Shown here: one piece after another, positions 50,541 through 63,830 of the stretch
Layout: each line of letters begins with the position of its first letter
Position numbering within the stretch: the stretch's first letter is position 1
Assembly: GCA_013239625.1 (NCBI GenBank)
Contig: MU053334.1
Span: 569,190-633,189 of the forward strand
From: Lama guanicoe
Taxonomy: Eukaryota
Direction of reading: 5' to 3'
Length of the DNA: 64,000 nucleotides
Notes under the pieces: generated by a model
Databases searched by the model: none
The model's input: the letters and a program-made list of their open reading frames with translations, nothing else
What the model was told of the DNA's origin: nothing
Program-made: the position numbers and the translations under genes

Positions 50541-53037
50541 CAAGCGAAGCGCCCTGGCCTCCTGGTGGACGCAGGGTGGGGTCGGTGGGCTGGGCGCACC
50601 TGCGGCGGACCCAGGCCTGCTCTGCCCAGCCAGACCTGGCTGGGCTCCCTGGTGACCCTTGTGTCATTTTGTTCCTGACTTTTTACAGCAAAATCACCAG
50701 AGTCTGGACAACACGACTCAAGACTTAGTTTTACCTTCTTTTAAGGCAGAGACCATTGGAAACCAGCATCCATTGAGTACTTACTGTATGCCCGCACAGT
50801 CGGCAGCCGGTTTAGCCTCTCAGTGTCCCTGGTGGGTGGACTTGAGGACTCCACACCTGTCCCAGCGTCCCCCGTCACTACCCCAGGCCTGCCCCTCGGC
50901 CACACCTCCCGTGCTGGCTGCCCCTGTCGTCCAGCCCTCGCTCGTAGTCCCTCTCCCCAGGGATGCATCCCCCCGCTTTCCAGGCTCACCCTGAGCCCAG
51001 CCTTCTCCTGGAACACCTCTGGCCGTCTGGTCCTGTGCAGGTGAGCACTCTGTCCAGAACGCAATCCGTCTTGGGGCAGTTGCTTGGCCGAGGGCCTGCT
51101 GGGTGCTGGGGCAGAGTGTAAGCAAAGCAGACAGTCCTGCCCTCCGTTGGGGGTGTGGCCACGGAGGCAGCTCTGGGGGGGGGCAGGCCCTGCTCCCCTG
51201 CCTCTGCCCTTCTTGTCACGGATCTGCCAGGCGCCTCCTGCTGTTGCCACGCCTCCTCCCAGGTGGCGCTGTTCTGGGGCAGGAGCCCCTGGATACTCGT
51301 CTTGCTTGCTTTCGGCCCCCGGCTCAGCCTGGTGCTCATGGGAGGGCCTCCGTCCGCTCTGGCGGGACCTGCTCCAGCTGGACACATCGGGATGCTTCTG
51401 GAACTTCCACGGGCCCCCGTGTCTCTCTAGGTGTTCTCCACTGCGTTTGTGTCAGTTTGGTGCCACAGCCCTAGAGACCTCTACGGAAGAGCAGAGCAAG
51501 TGGAAAAGACGGAAGGAAAAGCGGCAGCAACTGGCACACGTGGAACACGCGGCGGCAGCGAAGTGCAGGGCGGCCGCGCGGGGGAGGAGGCGCGGCCCCA
51601 CGGTGCGTCGCTGGGGTGCAGGGGCCGCCCGCTGCGGCGTAGACACGGACCTGGGTTCAAACGAAACGGCCTGTCTGCGCTGAGCGCGCGGCGGAGGACG
51701 CGGTCGGGCAGGCGCGGGGGCAGGGCGGAGCCGGCCCTCGCTAAGTTAGCGGGAGTTGGTGGCACCGCCTGACACGGACCCGTGGGAACCAGGAGAGGAG
51801 AGCAGAGGTGGCCGCACGGCACACTCAGTGCCACTGGATCATTCACCCAAAAATGGTTAAAATGGCCAATTTCATGTTCTGGATGTATATTTTACTACAA
51901 GTTTAAAATTTTGAAAAAGTGAAAAGTGGTGTCTCAAGGCCACGAGGTCTCTGGGCGCCGGCCCTGCTGGGTGCCAGACAAGTTCCCTGGGCGGGAGGAA
52001 GCAGGCCACACTCGTACAGGGGAGGGGAGGGCTGGGGGCAGCCCAGGAGGGGAGCGGGGAGGGTGTCGGGGCCAGCAAGAGGAGGATGCTGATGCGGCAC
52101 ACACTGCACTCTAACGATGGCCACAGAGATGTTTCCGGTCCACGTCGTCCTCCAGCCCTGCCCCGCCTGAGTCTGCATGGGACTTCTGGGCAACCTCTGA
52201 TGTCAGGTCATAAAAGCAAAAAGGCTTCCCTCTCTCCTCGTCCCCGACTGTGTGGAGAAGCCTGTGATGGCTGGCTGTCCCAGCTGATGGCGAGCGCCAG
52301 TCAGGGAGTGGGGCCTTCAGAAGGTTGCGGAAGACGACAGGCCCCAGGCTCGCTGCCTCCAGCTGAGTGGACACCGGCAGACCTCGCTGAGTCCTGGCCC
52401 CTGGCTTATACCACTAAGTTTGGGGACATCTGTTTTGCAGCTGTGGGGGTCGAGAACAAGGCAACCCTGGGGAATGGGGGAGGGGGAGATGGGCCCATCC
52501 AGGTCAGCATCCCCTGGATCCCCGAGCTGGCGGCCCCCCCATCCCCACCCACCTCCTGGCTCCACTCACACTGCCGAGTCCTTTTGGGGCCAGCCTTCCA
52601 GCTTGGTCACTGGGCAGGGCTGCGGGGGCACTAGGTGCCCTGAGGTCAGGTGGACCTGAGGGTGCGGGGAGGAGACAGAAGCCTGGAGGGGCTGACCGAG
52701 GGTGTGGCCGTCTGAGGTCAGGGGAACTGAGCAAGGCACCAGGGACCTGGTCCCTCACCGCAGACCCCAGCCGGGCAACCAGAGGATCCGAGGAGGCCCA
52801 CGGCTCTACCTCCAGAAAGTCCCAGAAGAACCATTGCCTGTCTGCTGCGACCCGCCCAGGGAGAGTCCGTGCTGTGCGGTGACCACAGTGACAGAGAGAG
52901 GTGGGCATGCGGAAGGGCAGAGGACCCCAACTCCTAGGAGAAGCCTGTCTGCCAGAGTGAAGACGGAACAGACTCCCCAGAGCCTGAGCGCAAGCCAGGG
53001 TCCCGGGAGCAGGCGAAACGGGGTCGCGATGCTCTCC

Positions 53038-53250
53038 TGCTGTGGACTGTGTCCCCCCCAGATTCATAGTTTGGAACCCTGACCCCCTAGGTGACTTCGA
53101 GGGTCATTAAGACTCAGGCCGTGAGGGGTCCCTGACCCAGGGACCTGCGTCCTTGGAAGAGGGAGGGACAGAGCTCCCCCTCCCCATGGTACCGACCCTG
53201 CCGGCCTCCCGGACTCTGAGAAATAAGCGTACATCGTTCCAGCCCCCAGG
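53038..53250 (+). mobile_element. Degraded MLT1 LTR
   Basis: tgctgtggactgtgtccccccagattcatagtttggaaccctgacccc...ggactctgagaaataa. Confidence 0.6.
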
Positions 53251-55002
53251 TGAGGTACCTGCCTTCTCCCCACAAGGCCTCCTCCCTGGGGCTCCCCCCA
53301 CTGCTGGCCCCCTCCTCTGCTTCACAGACCACAGAGTCTTCAACCAACAGTCGGGGGCCTGTTCTTGCCAGGGAAGCAGAGACGCAGGGTAAAGGGGGTG
53401 ACTCCCCGACTCTGCCTCGGAAACCCCGTCCCCACCCACCCGGCCTGGGTGCCACCCACACACCAAAGCTGCTCACTCAGGTCTCCTTCTGGCCGTGGAC
53501 TCCCCACCCACCATGTTCTCGGGGACAGCAGCAAGGGACAGACACACCTTGGCAGCCGGCAGATCCCTGCCTGACACAGACAAGGGAGTGATTCCCACCA
53601 AGGAGGCCCCGAGCCCACGAGGGGCCTGGAGCCTGCCTGGTGCCTGGCCAGGCGCCTGCCTTGTGGGCAGCTGGGGTGCAGCCCAGGGAACCCGGGACCA
53701 GCTGTGCTGGCCTTGTCCTCTGGGCTGGGTTGCCCCTGCCCCTCGGGTGCCAGGCGGCTGGGACGCCGTAGATGGGGACAGGCCCAGGAAGAGGCACCCC
53801 AGGGCCACGATGCAGTCCTGCTGGGGCCCCGGCTACACCACCCTCTCATCCAGTCACCCTAAAACCCTGCGCCCAGCGGCACTGCCCTCTCTCGTGGACT
53901 GGGGAGGTCAGGAGAGGAGAGGGGCGGGCTGACCCCTTCCCCGGGGCCCGTAACCACTGGGTGTCCTGCCTGGACCATCACGCAGAGCCTCGGGCCACCC
54001 TGGGGTGTGGGGAGCCTCAGCCATGGGGAGACCCCCTTCCCCACACGGCGACGGACCACCCACAGCCCGGGCCCCGCTGCGCTGAGCCGCCAGGCCCGCC
54101 TCTCATCTGCTCAGAGGAGCCTGGAAGTTCAGGCCTGTCGGTCCTGAGTCACTTCACTTTGCTCTCACCACTGGCTTATTTCCCCTTGTTTAAACCCAAC
54201 TAGGGTGCGTGCGGCAGTGTCTGGGGACTGCAGCCCCGCTGCTGGGGGCCTCCCAGCAGGGCTGAGGCTCAGGCCAAGTAGCCCCCACTTCGGGAGCTGC
54301 TGCTCTGCCGTGAATACCAGGCCGGGGCCCCCAGTCGGGAGCCTGGAGCCCCAGGGGCCAGGAGGCTAGCGCAGCTGGAAGCAGTTCCAGGTAAACGAGT
54401 ACTTTTTAGCGTTAAGTTTGCCCCAAATATTTCAAGGGACATACTTACACTACACTGAGCTGAGAAGACCCTGTGTGCTTTGCCTGCTGGCACCCTGCGC
54501 CAAGCCATGTGCGTCCCTGCCACGTGGGGGCTCATCGCACCCCACCCTGACCTGGGTGAAGACCCAGTTCTCCTGCCCTCTCGCAAGCGGTGGGGGTCCC
54601 CAGGCCCCCCCAAGAGACCTACTACGTGAGGGATGAGATTTTCTTACCCTCTGGGCGCCTGTGGTACCATCAGTCCTGCCATGAACCACCTGCTTCCAAA
54701 GGTGACCATAACACCAGGGCGAGGACGGGCTGGGGACACCGCTGGTCACAGCACACTGGCCCGGGCGCCCTTGCAGCTCAGCAGGGAGTCAGCTCCATGC
54801 ACCAGCTCAGTGGGGCGCAGCAGCTCCCCGGTCCCCAACCTGCCTGCCCCAGGACATGCAGCTGACCCCCTCACTCAGCCCACCTGCCCTGTGCCCCCAC
54901 TGCCCTTGCCCCAGGCCCCTGAGCACATACGCCCCGCTATGCTGGTTTGGCCTGTTGGTTAGAACTGAGGCTTGTCGGGCAGGTCTGAAGGACGCAGACT
55001 CT

Positions 55003-55078
55003 GAGTTAAGGGTTAAGGGTCAGGGTGTGGGTCAGGGTCGGGTGTGGGTCAGGGTCAGGCTGTGGGCTGAGCTAGGGG
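55003..55078 (+). repeat. Telomere-variant-like G-rich repeat (TTAAGGG/TCAGGG/TGTGGG)
   Basis: gagttaagggttaagggtcagggtgtgggtcagggtcgggtgtgggtcagggtcagg. Confidence 0.75.
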
Positions 55079-55639
55079 TATGCATGGGGGGGTGCGTCCC
55101 CTCGTACATCCCTGGCACTGGGTGGAAGAGAGGAAAATCCTCCTCCAGCCTCTGCTCCCTGTTTTGTTCAGTCATTGCTTCAAATTTCTCCCGAGAAACA
55201 ACCCCAAACCTGATGGTTTTTCACAATGAGCTGTCAGGCCACAGCATCACCCCAGGCTTAGCTGGGATCAGGGCCTTTGCTCCCAGCTGTGCTGGGCTCT
55301 GTGTGCTCCCAGTGCCCCATCTGGTGAGGGCCTCGAGACTGAGGGCACACAGGGCCTTCGGGGACTGGCTGAACAGCACACAGCCACTTGTGCCCACGGC
55401 TCATTGGCCAAAGGAATTCACAGGGCCATGTGGACTTTGGGACCTGCTCCAGGGGAGGCACGTGTCCTGCACTATGAAAGGCAGGAGGGAAGGCCTAGGT
55501 CCATCTCGCACCTGGGCCTTGGCCCCGGCCTCACGTCGTGGCCTGGACGCAGCCTGCCCTGGGAGGCCGGTGCTCCTGACCTCATCTCCGATCAGCACGT
55601 CAGGTCAGGGGGCAGTGGGAGAAAGGTTGAGAGGTGGGG

Positions 55640-56020
55640 TGACTGCCCCAGGGCCACCTTAGCAAAGTCCCACAGACGGGGCGGCTTAAACAGCATTGTT
55701 TACTGTCCCCCGTCCTGGAGGCCGGAGTCCCAGGTCCAGGGGTGGGCAGGGCCGGCTCCGCCCAGGGCCTCTCTGCTCGGCGTGGAGACGGCCGTCTTCT
55801 CCCGCGTCCTCACGTGGTCGTCCGCCTGCGTGTGTCTGTGTCCTGATCTCTTCTTGTAAGGACACCAGTCCTGTGGGATTAGGACCCACCCCAGGGCACC
55901 TCAGTCATTTTACACTAATCACCTCTTTAAAGGCCTCATCTCCAAATTCAGTCACACTCTGAGGTGCTGGGGTTTGGGCTTCAACATGGAAATTTGGGAG
56001 GACCCAATCCAGGCCATGGC
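55640..56020 (-). mobile_element. MaLR LTR (MLT1B-like)
   Basis: tcttcttgtaaggacaccagtcctgtgggattaggacccac...aatcacctctttaaaggcc...cagtcacactctgagg. Confidence 0.88.
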
Positions 56021-57839
56021 AGGGAGGTGGTCAGTGACACAAGGTCCCCCTTCCCGTCCCCAAGGTGCGACCATCTTGTGACCTGAGCAGGCACTCAGCA
56101 GGGGCCCCGGCCTCACTCAGGCCAGCTGCCCTTCCGGGGAGAAGTCCTGTGTCTGCAGCCCAGGCCGGTCCTGAGACCACGCTGCTCACGTGGACTGTCA
56201 GTCCCTCCTGTTCCCTCTAATGTGGCCATTTGTTCATTCACAGAGGTGCCCAAGCAGGTAGAGAGGAAGACCAGGGCTGCTGTCTGGAGCCAGCGGCTGG
56301 AGGAGGAGACTGACCAGTGGGGCAGGGAGGGGGCACTGTGTGAAGATGGGCCAGCCTGTCAAGGGGAGCCTCGGAACTAGATCAGGCTGGACTCTTCACT
56401 GACGGCAGGGGTGTTGTGGACCAGGGACTAGCATAGGAGAGGCCAGGGGACTGGAGACCAGAGACCTGCCAACACCCACGTGAGCGAGCAGGGCAGGTGG
56501 CTTGAGGGAGGCCATGAGGACACTGAGAAGGGCTTAGAGCAGGAGAAAAGGAGAGATCAGAACACAGGGGCCTTGGGAGCTCTGAGTGCAGAGAGTGCTC
56601 AGTGGGGTCAAGGCTGCCCAGAGGGGCAGCAGGTGCAGGGACAGCAGAGAAAGGGCCGATGACCTGGGCAACGAGCAGCTCCCCCGGGGTCTGCCTTCAA
56701 GGTCCGGCTGGAGGAGCTAAATGCTCCAGGGGGAGTGTGTGTCAGGGACCTTCAACCACCCGACCGTGGCCACTGCACATGACCCACCAGGGTTGAGGAG
56801 CAGCAGACACTCCAGGAGAGGGTGGATGACTCAACCCCCGGACACCAGCTGCAGCTGAAGGCCGGCAAGGGCATCTCCCCACCAGTGCTCCTGCAGCTGT
56901 CGAGCAGGTCCCCTCCCCGCCTCTCCCTCTGCTTTGGACCGGCGCCCCTCCCGGGATGAGCAGCCTTGACCAGCTCCCATCCCAGCCACTGCACTCCTGA
57001 GACCGGCCATGACAGAGGCCGTGTACCCAGGAAAGTGGTCTCCAACAGCTCCACCCCACCCTAAAAGGCTCCACTTTCAGGTCACCAAAAGGAATTCCAA
57101 GTCCTGACCATGGTCCGAGATCTCACTGACTGAAGTAAGCTGCTTCCTTAATAGCCGACCTCCGGCTGCTGGCCTCGAGGGGCCCATGGGACATCTCAGA
57201 GCTTGGCCCCCTCCTGGGCCTTGCGGAGGCCCAGGCTGTGTGGTTCATTCCCAGAAGGGGCTGGGGGCCTGGGGCTCCCGGCTCCTGGGGGGTGGGACAG
57301 GACTGGAGTTTATCCAATGAGCTTGGGTGGAAGTTCTTATGCATGTGTGATGGGTGGACCCAACAGATGACCAAAGCGCCAACCACAGGCAGCCTCACAC
57401 CCTCACTGGGATTCAGAAAATGGGTCAGATCAAGACCAAGTGACCCATCCTGGTGTTGAGGGGGTCTTGAGGAAACAAGAGAAAAATCCTGTGTTGAACA
57501 TCGATTTCACAGGAAACACTAACAGGGCAGAGCCGCAGGTCTGCCTGCTACTCACCTGCAGAGAACGGACGCCCAGACCTGTGATGAAGCAGGCACGCTC
57601 CAAGAAATGCGGCCTCAATCCACCGAATTACATTACCTTTAATGATGGACATTCAACATCGTTATTCAGAGATTTTCTTCTGCTCATGTCTCTGCTGCCC
57701 TTTGGAGAGTGGGACCCTGTTCTGGGGCCGGGGGGAGGTTTGCTGTACTTCTCCTAATCCTGAAAGACAAATAATAGGCCTAATACTAATGAAACCCAAA
57801 TTGAAAACAGAAATAAATGGTCTCATTACCAGCCAGGAG

Positions 57840-58550
57840 CAGACAGCGCTGGAAGCAGGGCGGGGGCGCCGCGCCGGCCCCCAGCACTTCCGGGCGGGGA
57901 CCTCTGCAGGGTTCCCGCAGCGCCGCGTCATTACTCGAGTGAGTACAACGGCGGTCTTCCCGGAAATGCCGCGACCATTGCTCCGCGGTTCACCGGAGTG
58001 TGAGCGTCGTGATGTCTCGTGCCGGCCCGCAGTCAGGCCGGGAGACCCCGCGGGGCGGCTTCCCGGAGCGCGCGGGCGCCGGTTCTTTTCGCGTCAGCGC
58101 CCCGCGGCCCGCTCGCGGAGGAAGGCAGGAGGGAGTCCGCACACTCCCCCCCACCCCCGCAACTGCAGCACCTGCGCTGACTGCGTTTGCCTAAACGAGC
58201 GCCGCTGCCAGCCTGGCCGGCCTCCTCCCTCCTCCTCGCGGGGCGGCTGCGCGCGCTCCGCTCTGGGTCGCCCCGCGAGCTCCAGCCGGAGGAGGGGGCG
58301 TGCGGCCCGGCTGTCTCTCGAGGAGCCGGATTAATGCTCCAAAGATAGGCGGCCAGTGCGGGGAGAGCCGGCTTGGAAACAATGCCTTCCGTCGGCCTCT
58401 CCTGCCGCTCTCCCTCCTCCCCACACGCGGCGCCCGCCGCGGGGCCGGGGCCGGACTGCCGGCGCTGTCGGGGCGCACCCGGAGGTCCCAGCGCCGGGAC
58501 GCCGCCCCTCCCCCCCAATCCCGAGCAAGTCCCAGGGAGGGGGAAGGAAC
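57840..58550. promoter_or_regulatory. Intergenic (orphan) CpG island 2 with promoter-type motifs
   Basis: Dense CpG; ETS 57886-57893, GC box 57892-57899, GAS TTCCCGGAA 57957-57965, E2F-like 58086-58093. Confidence 0.82.
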
Positions 58551-60462
58551 AAAAGCCCCACTTTTAAGAATATGCCTCTGACTCCCATTTTTTTCCAGCC
58601 TGTTTTGCACGTTTTTATTTGTGGTTAAATATATACATAAAATTTACCCTCTTGAGCGTTTTTAATCGTGTAGTTCAGTGGTGTTCACATTGTTGTGCAA
58701 CTGGCTCCAACAGCCTGCTTTTTTACTCCTCGTTTCTCATTCAAACACTGATGGGAATACACACATGGGGTGGGGAGTGGAACTTGCCGATTTCACCCCC
58801 ACCAGAGGTGGGGAGCATGGCCCAGGGCCCTGGATCTTGACCCTGCAGCGACAGCAGTCCCTGCACTCTGGGGGCTCCCCCACCTCCTCCCACCAGCAGG
58901 AACAAGCCCCCCCAGCTGAGGGCAGGGCTCAGAGCCTCCTGGGACCTCAGGGCAGCCACCTCCCTCTGAATGACCATAAAGTCTGTGTCCTCAGGCCAGA
59001 TCCTTGTCCCTGCACCCAGCACCCCTTGGCCTAGGGGTCCCTCAGGAAGATCCCCATCTTGCCCAGGTCGGCCCTCACTGACCAGAGGCGCACTCAGACT
59101 CCTGAGCCCTTCTTGCTCCCTGGACGTCCTCTTCAGCGCTTCTTTGGTCGCCCGAAGGTGGGGAGGGGTCTGGGTGCAGCAGGAGGCGGACAGGGGCCTG
59201 GGCCGCAGGGCCTCGGCCTCTCCTCCAGCAGGGAGAAGTATGGGGCGGGGACTCAGCGGAGGAACTGCCACTGAGGCCCCCAGGGCCCGCCTGCTCCAAG
59301 GGCCAACCACTGGAACCTGGGTGTGTCCTCACACGATGCGGCCAGGGAGGCACCGGAGACTGGCCCTGGGGCCCACTGGGTCACCTGCTCCAAACCACTT
59401 GCGTCGGTCACCTCTCCCTTCCCACCCGGAGCTCAAGGGTAGTGTGGTGACCCCTAGGAAGTGGTGGCTAGCAGTCAGCCCAGCCAGGAAGCGAGTCACA
59501 GTTTCCCTTGGGGTCCCTCCCAAGACAAGCTGCCGGGGGGTGGCACAGGTGGGAGGGTTTGGCTGATCACAGAGGACAACAGATGGTGAGGCTGCTAGAC
59601 AGACCCCAAGCACTGGTGCTACTGGCAGGGCTTGGTCAAGGCTCTGCTGGGGCTGGTGACCTCCCAAGTGATCAGGTGGGAGACCCCAGTTGGCCCCGAG
59701 TGGACAGATGGGCCCCCTGGTCAATAGCCAAGGCTAGGCGTCCCAGAGCACCAACCAATCCAACTTGGAGGTTAAGGTCATTGACAGTAGGAAGACCCTA
59801 ATCTGGAGACACGGCCGCCACTTTGCTGGAGCTACAAAAGGGAAGATTACAAGGTCTGTCAGAACCAACCTTGAAAATGTACTTAGCCCACAGGACACCA
59901 TGACCAACACTGAAAGTCAAAGAAGGAGTGTGGGAAAGTATTTGCCATAAGCACACCAGAGGGGAGGTGGGTGTCTCCACTGGAAAACGGGCGCTTGCAA
60001 ATCAGTAAGACAAGCCTGAACACCTCCGAAGGAAAGTAGGCAGAAGACATGAAGAAGTAATTCACAAATGAATAATGCAAACAATTACTAAATGCATGAA
60101 AGAAAGTGTCCAGGCTCACCAGTGAACAGAAACGTCCACAGGAATGAAGAGGAATTTGTGCATCAGAATTGCCAGGTGTTGAAACATGACTGGCTCCCAA
60201 GGATGAACGGAAGTGGTTCATTAACGTACGGGGGACGGAGGGATGAACAGGAGGACTGAGGGCAGTAAAGTCAGCACGACGCTTCTAGAGGGCAATGCGG
60301 GGTGTGGGATGGAAGGCTTATAAAATGCAGTCCCCCTGCCCTAACTGCCCTGCGCTGGGAAATTTACTGCAAGAATGCCATCAGAGAGGCACAGGGATCA
60401 TGCAAGCGGGCCAGACCTGGCATCCTTGCTCACAAGCGTGAGGAGTTCTATGTCTCCCACAG

Positions 60463-60740
60463 TGTGAGGGTGAATTTTACACATCAACCTGACTGGGCCA
60501 CAGGGGCCCTGACGTTCGGTCAAATGTGTATCCAAGAGGGCATTTCTGGATGAGGTTAGCATCTGAATCGGTGGTCTCAGTACAGCGGATCATCCTCCCC
60601 CATGTGGATGGGCCTTGTCCAGTCAGCTGAAGGCCTGAATAGCACAGAAGGCTGAGTGTACTGCAGGTCAGGGGAAGTTCTCCTGCCCCACTGCTTGAGC
60701 TGGGACACAAGTTTTTTACTGCCTTCAGACTGGCTCCCCT
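60463..60740 (+). mobile_element. MLT2-like ERVL LTR fragment
   Basis: tgtgagggtgaattttacacatcaacctgactgggccacagg...tccagtcagctgaaggcctgaatag. Confidence 0.8.
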
Positions 60741-61019
60741 GGAGACCCCAGCTAACGCTCACAACACAGATGCCCACACCTGTGGCAGCCCCTGAAGACA
60801 AGCTCACAAAAGAGCATGTGAAGAGGGAAGTTGCTCCTTGGCTGCGTGCCTGCCATGTGCCAGGCTGGGCTCTGGCTCCGGAGAGTCATCCAGAAACAAG
60901 ACAAGGACCCTGCCTCATGGGGCTGAGTTCCAGAGGGGGAGATGGTCCAAAGCTAATGTAGAATGGATGTTAGAAGGCAGTACCTGCTATGGAAAAAGAA
61001 GCAGTCAACTTCTTTTAAA

Positions 61020-62720
61020 ATAGTCAATTTCTTAAAAAAACGAAAACAAAAAACCTGGGTGGTTTTCTTGAAATTGTATCGAATCTATAGGTCAACTTTG
61101 GGAAAATCAATATACTCACAATGTTGAGTCCTGGAATCCATGAACATGAAACCAAGTGGGACCCTACAGGGGCTTCAGGGACAGACTCCTGCCTCCCGTG
61201 TCCCCCTCCTCTTGTTTGGAGAAAAGCTTTAGCCTCCTAAGTCTTCCTTGAGTTCCAAAGAGCAGATTTGATCGGAGAAGTGAGAAAATGCAGAAACAAA
61301 GGAAAGCAGTCAAGCATGACAAAATAATAATAGTTTAACCACTAAACAAAGTTAAGGAAATTTAGTTCCTCCTCAAGGGCTGTACATAATATCCTGAACC
61401 ATGTCCTATGAGCTGTTTTGTAGATACTGAAACCCCACCAGCTGGAAGAAATTAACTGCATGCTGCCCACCAGCACATAGACCCGAGACTAGTTGGAACC
61501 AGGAGGTTGTTGATTGAGATTCCTGAAACAACACTCTGTTACCTCACCACCAACTAATCAGAGAATTGTGCACAAGCTGATCATGCACCCTGTGATGCCC
61601 GCCTCACACTGCCTTTAAGAACCCTTCTCTGAAAGCCATCGTGGCGTTTTGGTCTTTTGAGCATGAACTGCCTATTCTCCTTGCTTGTCGCCTGCAATAA
61701 ATGCTGTACTTTCCTTCCCTACCACCTGGTGTCAATAGATTGGCTTTGCTGCACAGCCAGTGAACAGACTCAAGTTTGGTCTGGAAACAAACATGGTATG
61801 ACTCTTCATTCATTTAGGTCTTTTTAAGTCTCTCAGTGGTATTTTATGGTTTTCTGGGTCCAGGTCTCACACTTATTTTGTTAAATTTACCTCTAAGTTT
61901 TCATGGTTTTCGAGTCTACTTAGAAACTGTATTGTTTTCATAATTTCAATTTCTAATTGTCCACTGTTAGGACACACAGATAAGATTTTTATATTTTGGC
62001 CTCATATCCTGTGACTTTGCCAAATCCACTTATTAGTTCTACTAGGACTTTGTAGTTTAGGATTTTCTGCAGACAATAATGTCATCTGTGGCTCAAGATT
62101 GTTTTAATTTTTCCTTTTCAATCATATGAATGTATAAAGTGTAATTTGTTTTCCTTGCCTTATTACATTGGCTAGGATCTCTAGGCTGAAGGAAGGTGGT
62201 GGTAGTGGATGTTTTTGCCTCATTCCCACGAAGTCTTTCACCATCACCACCTAGTCCTAGTTTACTGACGGGTGTGTGTGTGTGTGTTTGTGTGTGTGTG
62301 TTTAACCCATGAATGGGTGTTGGATCTTGTCAGATGCTTTTCATGTGTGTTTGAATCTACTGAAATGATTGTGTGGCTTTCCTGTTTCTGACCACTCACA
62401 CTGCGAACTACACCAGTCAGTTCTGAAACACTAAGGTGACTTCACATTCTAGGAGGGAGTCCTACTTGGTCATATGTATTATTCTTCTAATTTATTCCTG
62501 GAATCAACCTGCAAATATTCCGTTAAAGGTTTTTGTGTCTGGGCTCATGCAGTATATCGGACCTTAATTTTCTTCTCTTGACATGTTCGTCTCCGGATTT
62601 GGTACCAGGGTTAAGATGGCCTCACGGAACGAGCTAGGAAGTGCTCTCTCCTCCTCTGGGTTCTGAAAGTGCTTGTGTATCGTCCATGTTATTTCTCTTT
62701 CAAGTGTTTGCTGTGGTCCT
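61020..62720 (-). mobile_element. L1 ORF2 fragment, interrupted by an LTR and a (TG)n run
   Basis: T-rich L1 sequence (gaatctataggtcaactttggg...caatgttgagtc...catgaaca|tggtatg...). Confidence 0.8.
61147..61789 (+). mobile_element. Solo ERV1 LTR
   Basis: TG...CA ends, internal AATAAA, perfect 4-bp TSD AACA (61143-61146, 61790-61793). Confidence 0.9.
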
Positions 62721-63734
62721 CCAGCCAAGCCTCCCGCCTGGAATTTGTCTACACCAAAGCAAGCACTGGACCAGGCTGATGGGAGCCTGGCTATGAGGGG
62801 TCATGCTTCTGACCCCCTCAAAGACGGGGACATGAGGTGTTCTGTTGTGAGTGTGTTAAGTCAGAGACTATGGATAGAAGGACAGGTACAGGGGGAGCTT
62901 GTCCCATAGCCCTGGAGTGAGGGCGAGGCTGGCAATGGTGATTCAGGAGTGGGCTGAGGGCGGACACGGTCACCTGGAGGACATGGAGAGGCACGGAGAG
63001 GCATCCTCCATGGAGCCCTGCGACATGCCGATGGTACTGGCTGCATGGACACAGAGAAGACTGAGAAGAGGCCAGAGAGGGAAGAAAGACTCCAGGAGCA
63101 CAGGGTGGGCTGGGGGTGGGGAAGTGAGAATCTTTAAAAACACAGTTTTAGCCCAAGAGCGTCCAGATAAGAAAGGTCAGCTGGGCCAGAGCTGCTGAGG
63201 GCACAAGAAAGATGTCTGGTGAGCTCTGCAGATGGAGGAGGCCCAGGTGACCGGACCAGGCACAGTTCCTGCTGAGGAAGATGTGGAGGCCATGGGGCAT
63301 GTACCTAGCAGGGGTCCCTCCTCCAGGTGCCTGGGCCAGCCATCTGTCCTCTGCCCACTGACGGCTCTAGCCCACCTCTTGCACATCCTTGACCTGATGA
63401 CTCTGGGTCTGCCTTTGCCAGACCTCGACCCTGGGAAGCTTCTCCAGTCCAAGGGCCCAAAGTCACCTAGTATACAGCTTAAACTGCACCCCCGCTCCCC
63501 ACGCCGGGAGCTGTCTGCTGCAGTCTGCTTAACGCCCTGAAGGGCCCTGGCACTCAGCATAGCGCCCAGCACCTAGACTCCTAAACGAGCGGGAAGTGGG
63601 GGCACCTGCCAGGGCCCAGGGGAGCACACAGGTATTTTGAGGGCTGTGTCCCTTTCCTGAGCTGAGGTAGCGGAGAAAGAAATGCAAACAGGCCCTCTCA
63701 GGAGGGGTGCTAGGAAGATCCAGGTGTTTCCATC

Positions 63735-63830
63735 TGTTTGTTTGTTTGTTTAATTTAGTGGAGGCACTGGGGATTGAACGCAGGACCTCATGCATGCTAA
63801 GCATGACCGCTACCACTGAGCTGTACCCGC
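63735..63830 (-). mobile_element. Vic-1-like SINE
   Basis: ggaggcactggggattgaacgcaggacctcatgcatgctaagcatgaccgctaccactgagct. Confidence 0.88.

Noticed and set aside
51530..51790. Small CpG-dense patch
   Set aside because: Short, and appears to overlap GC-drifted MIR/L1 remnants; too little support for a distinct regulatory island.
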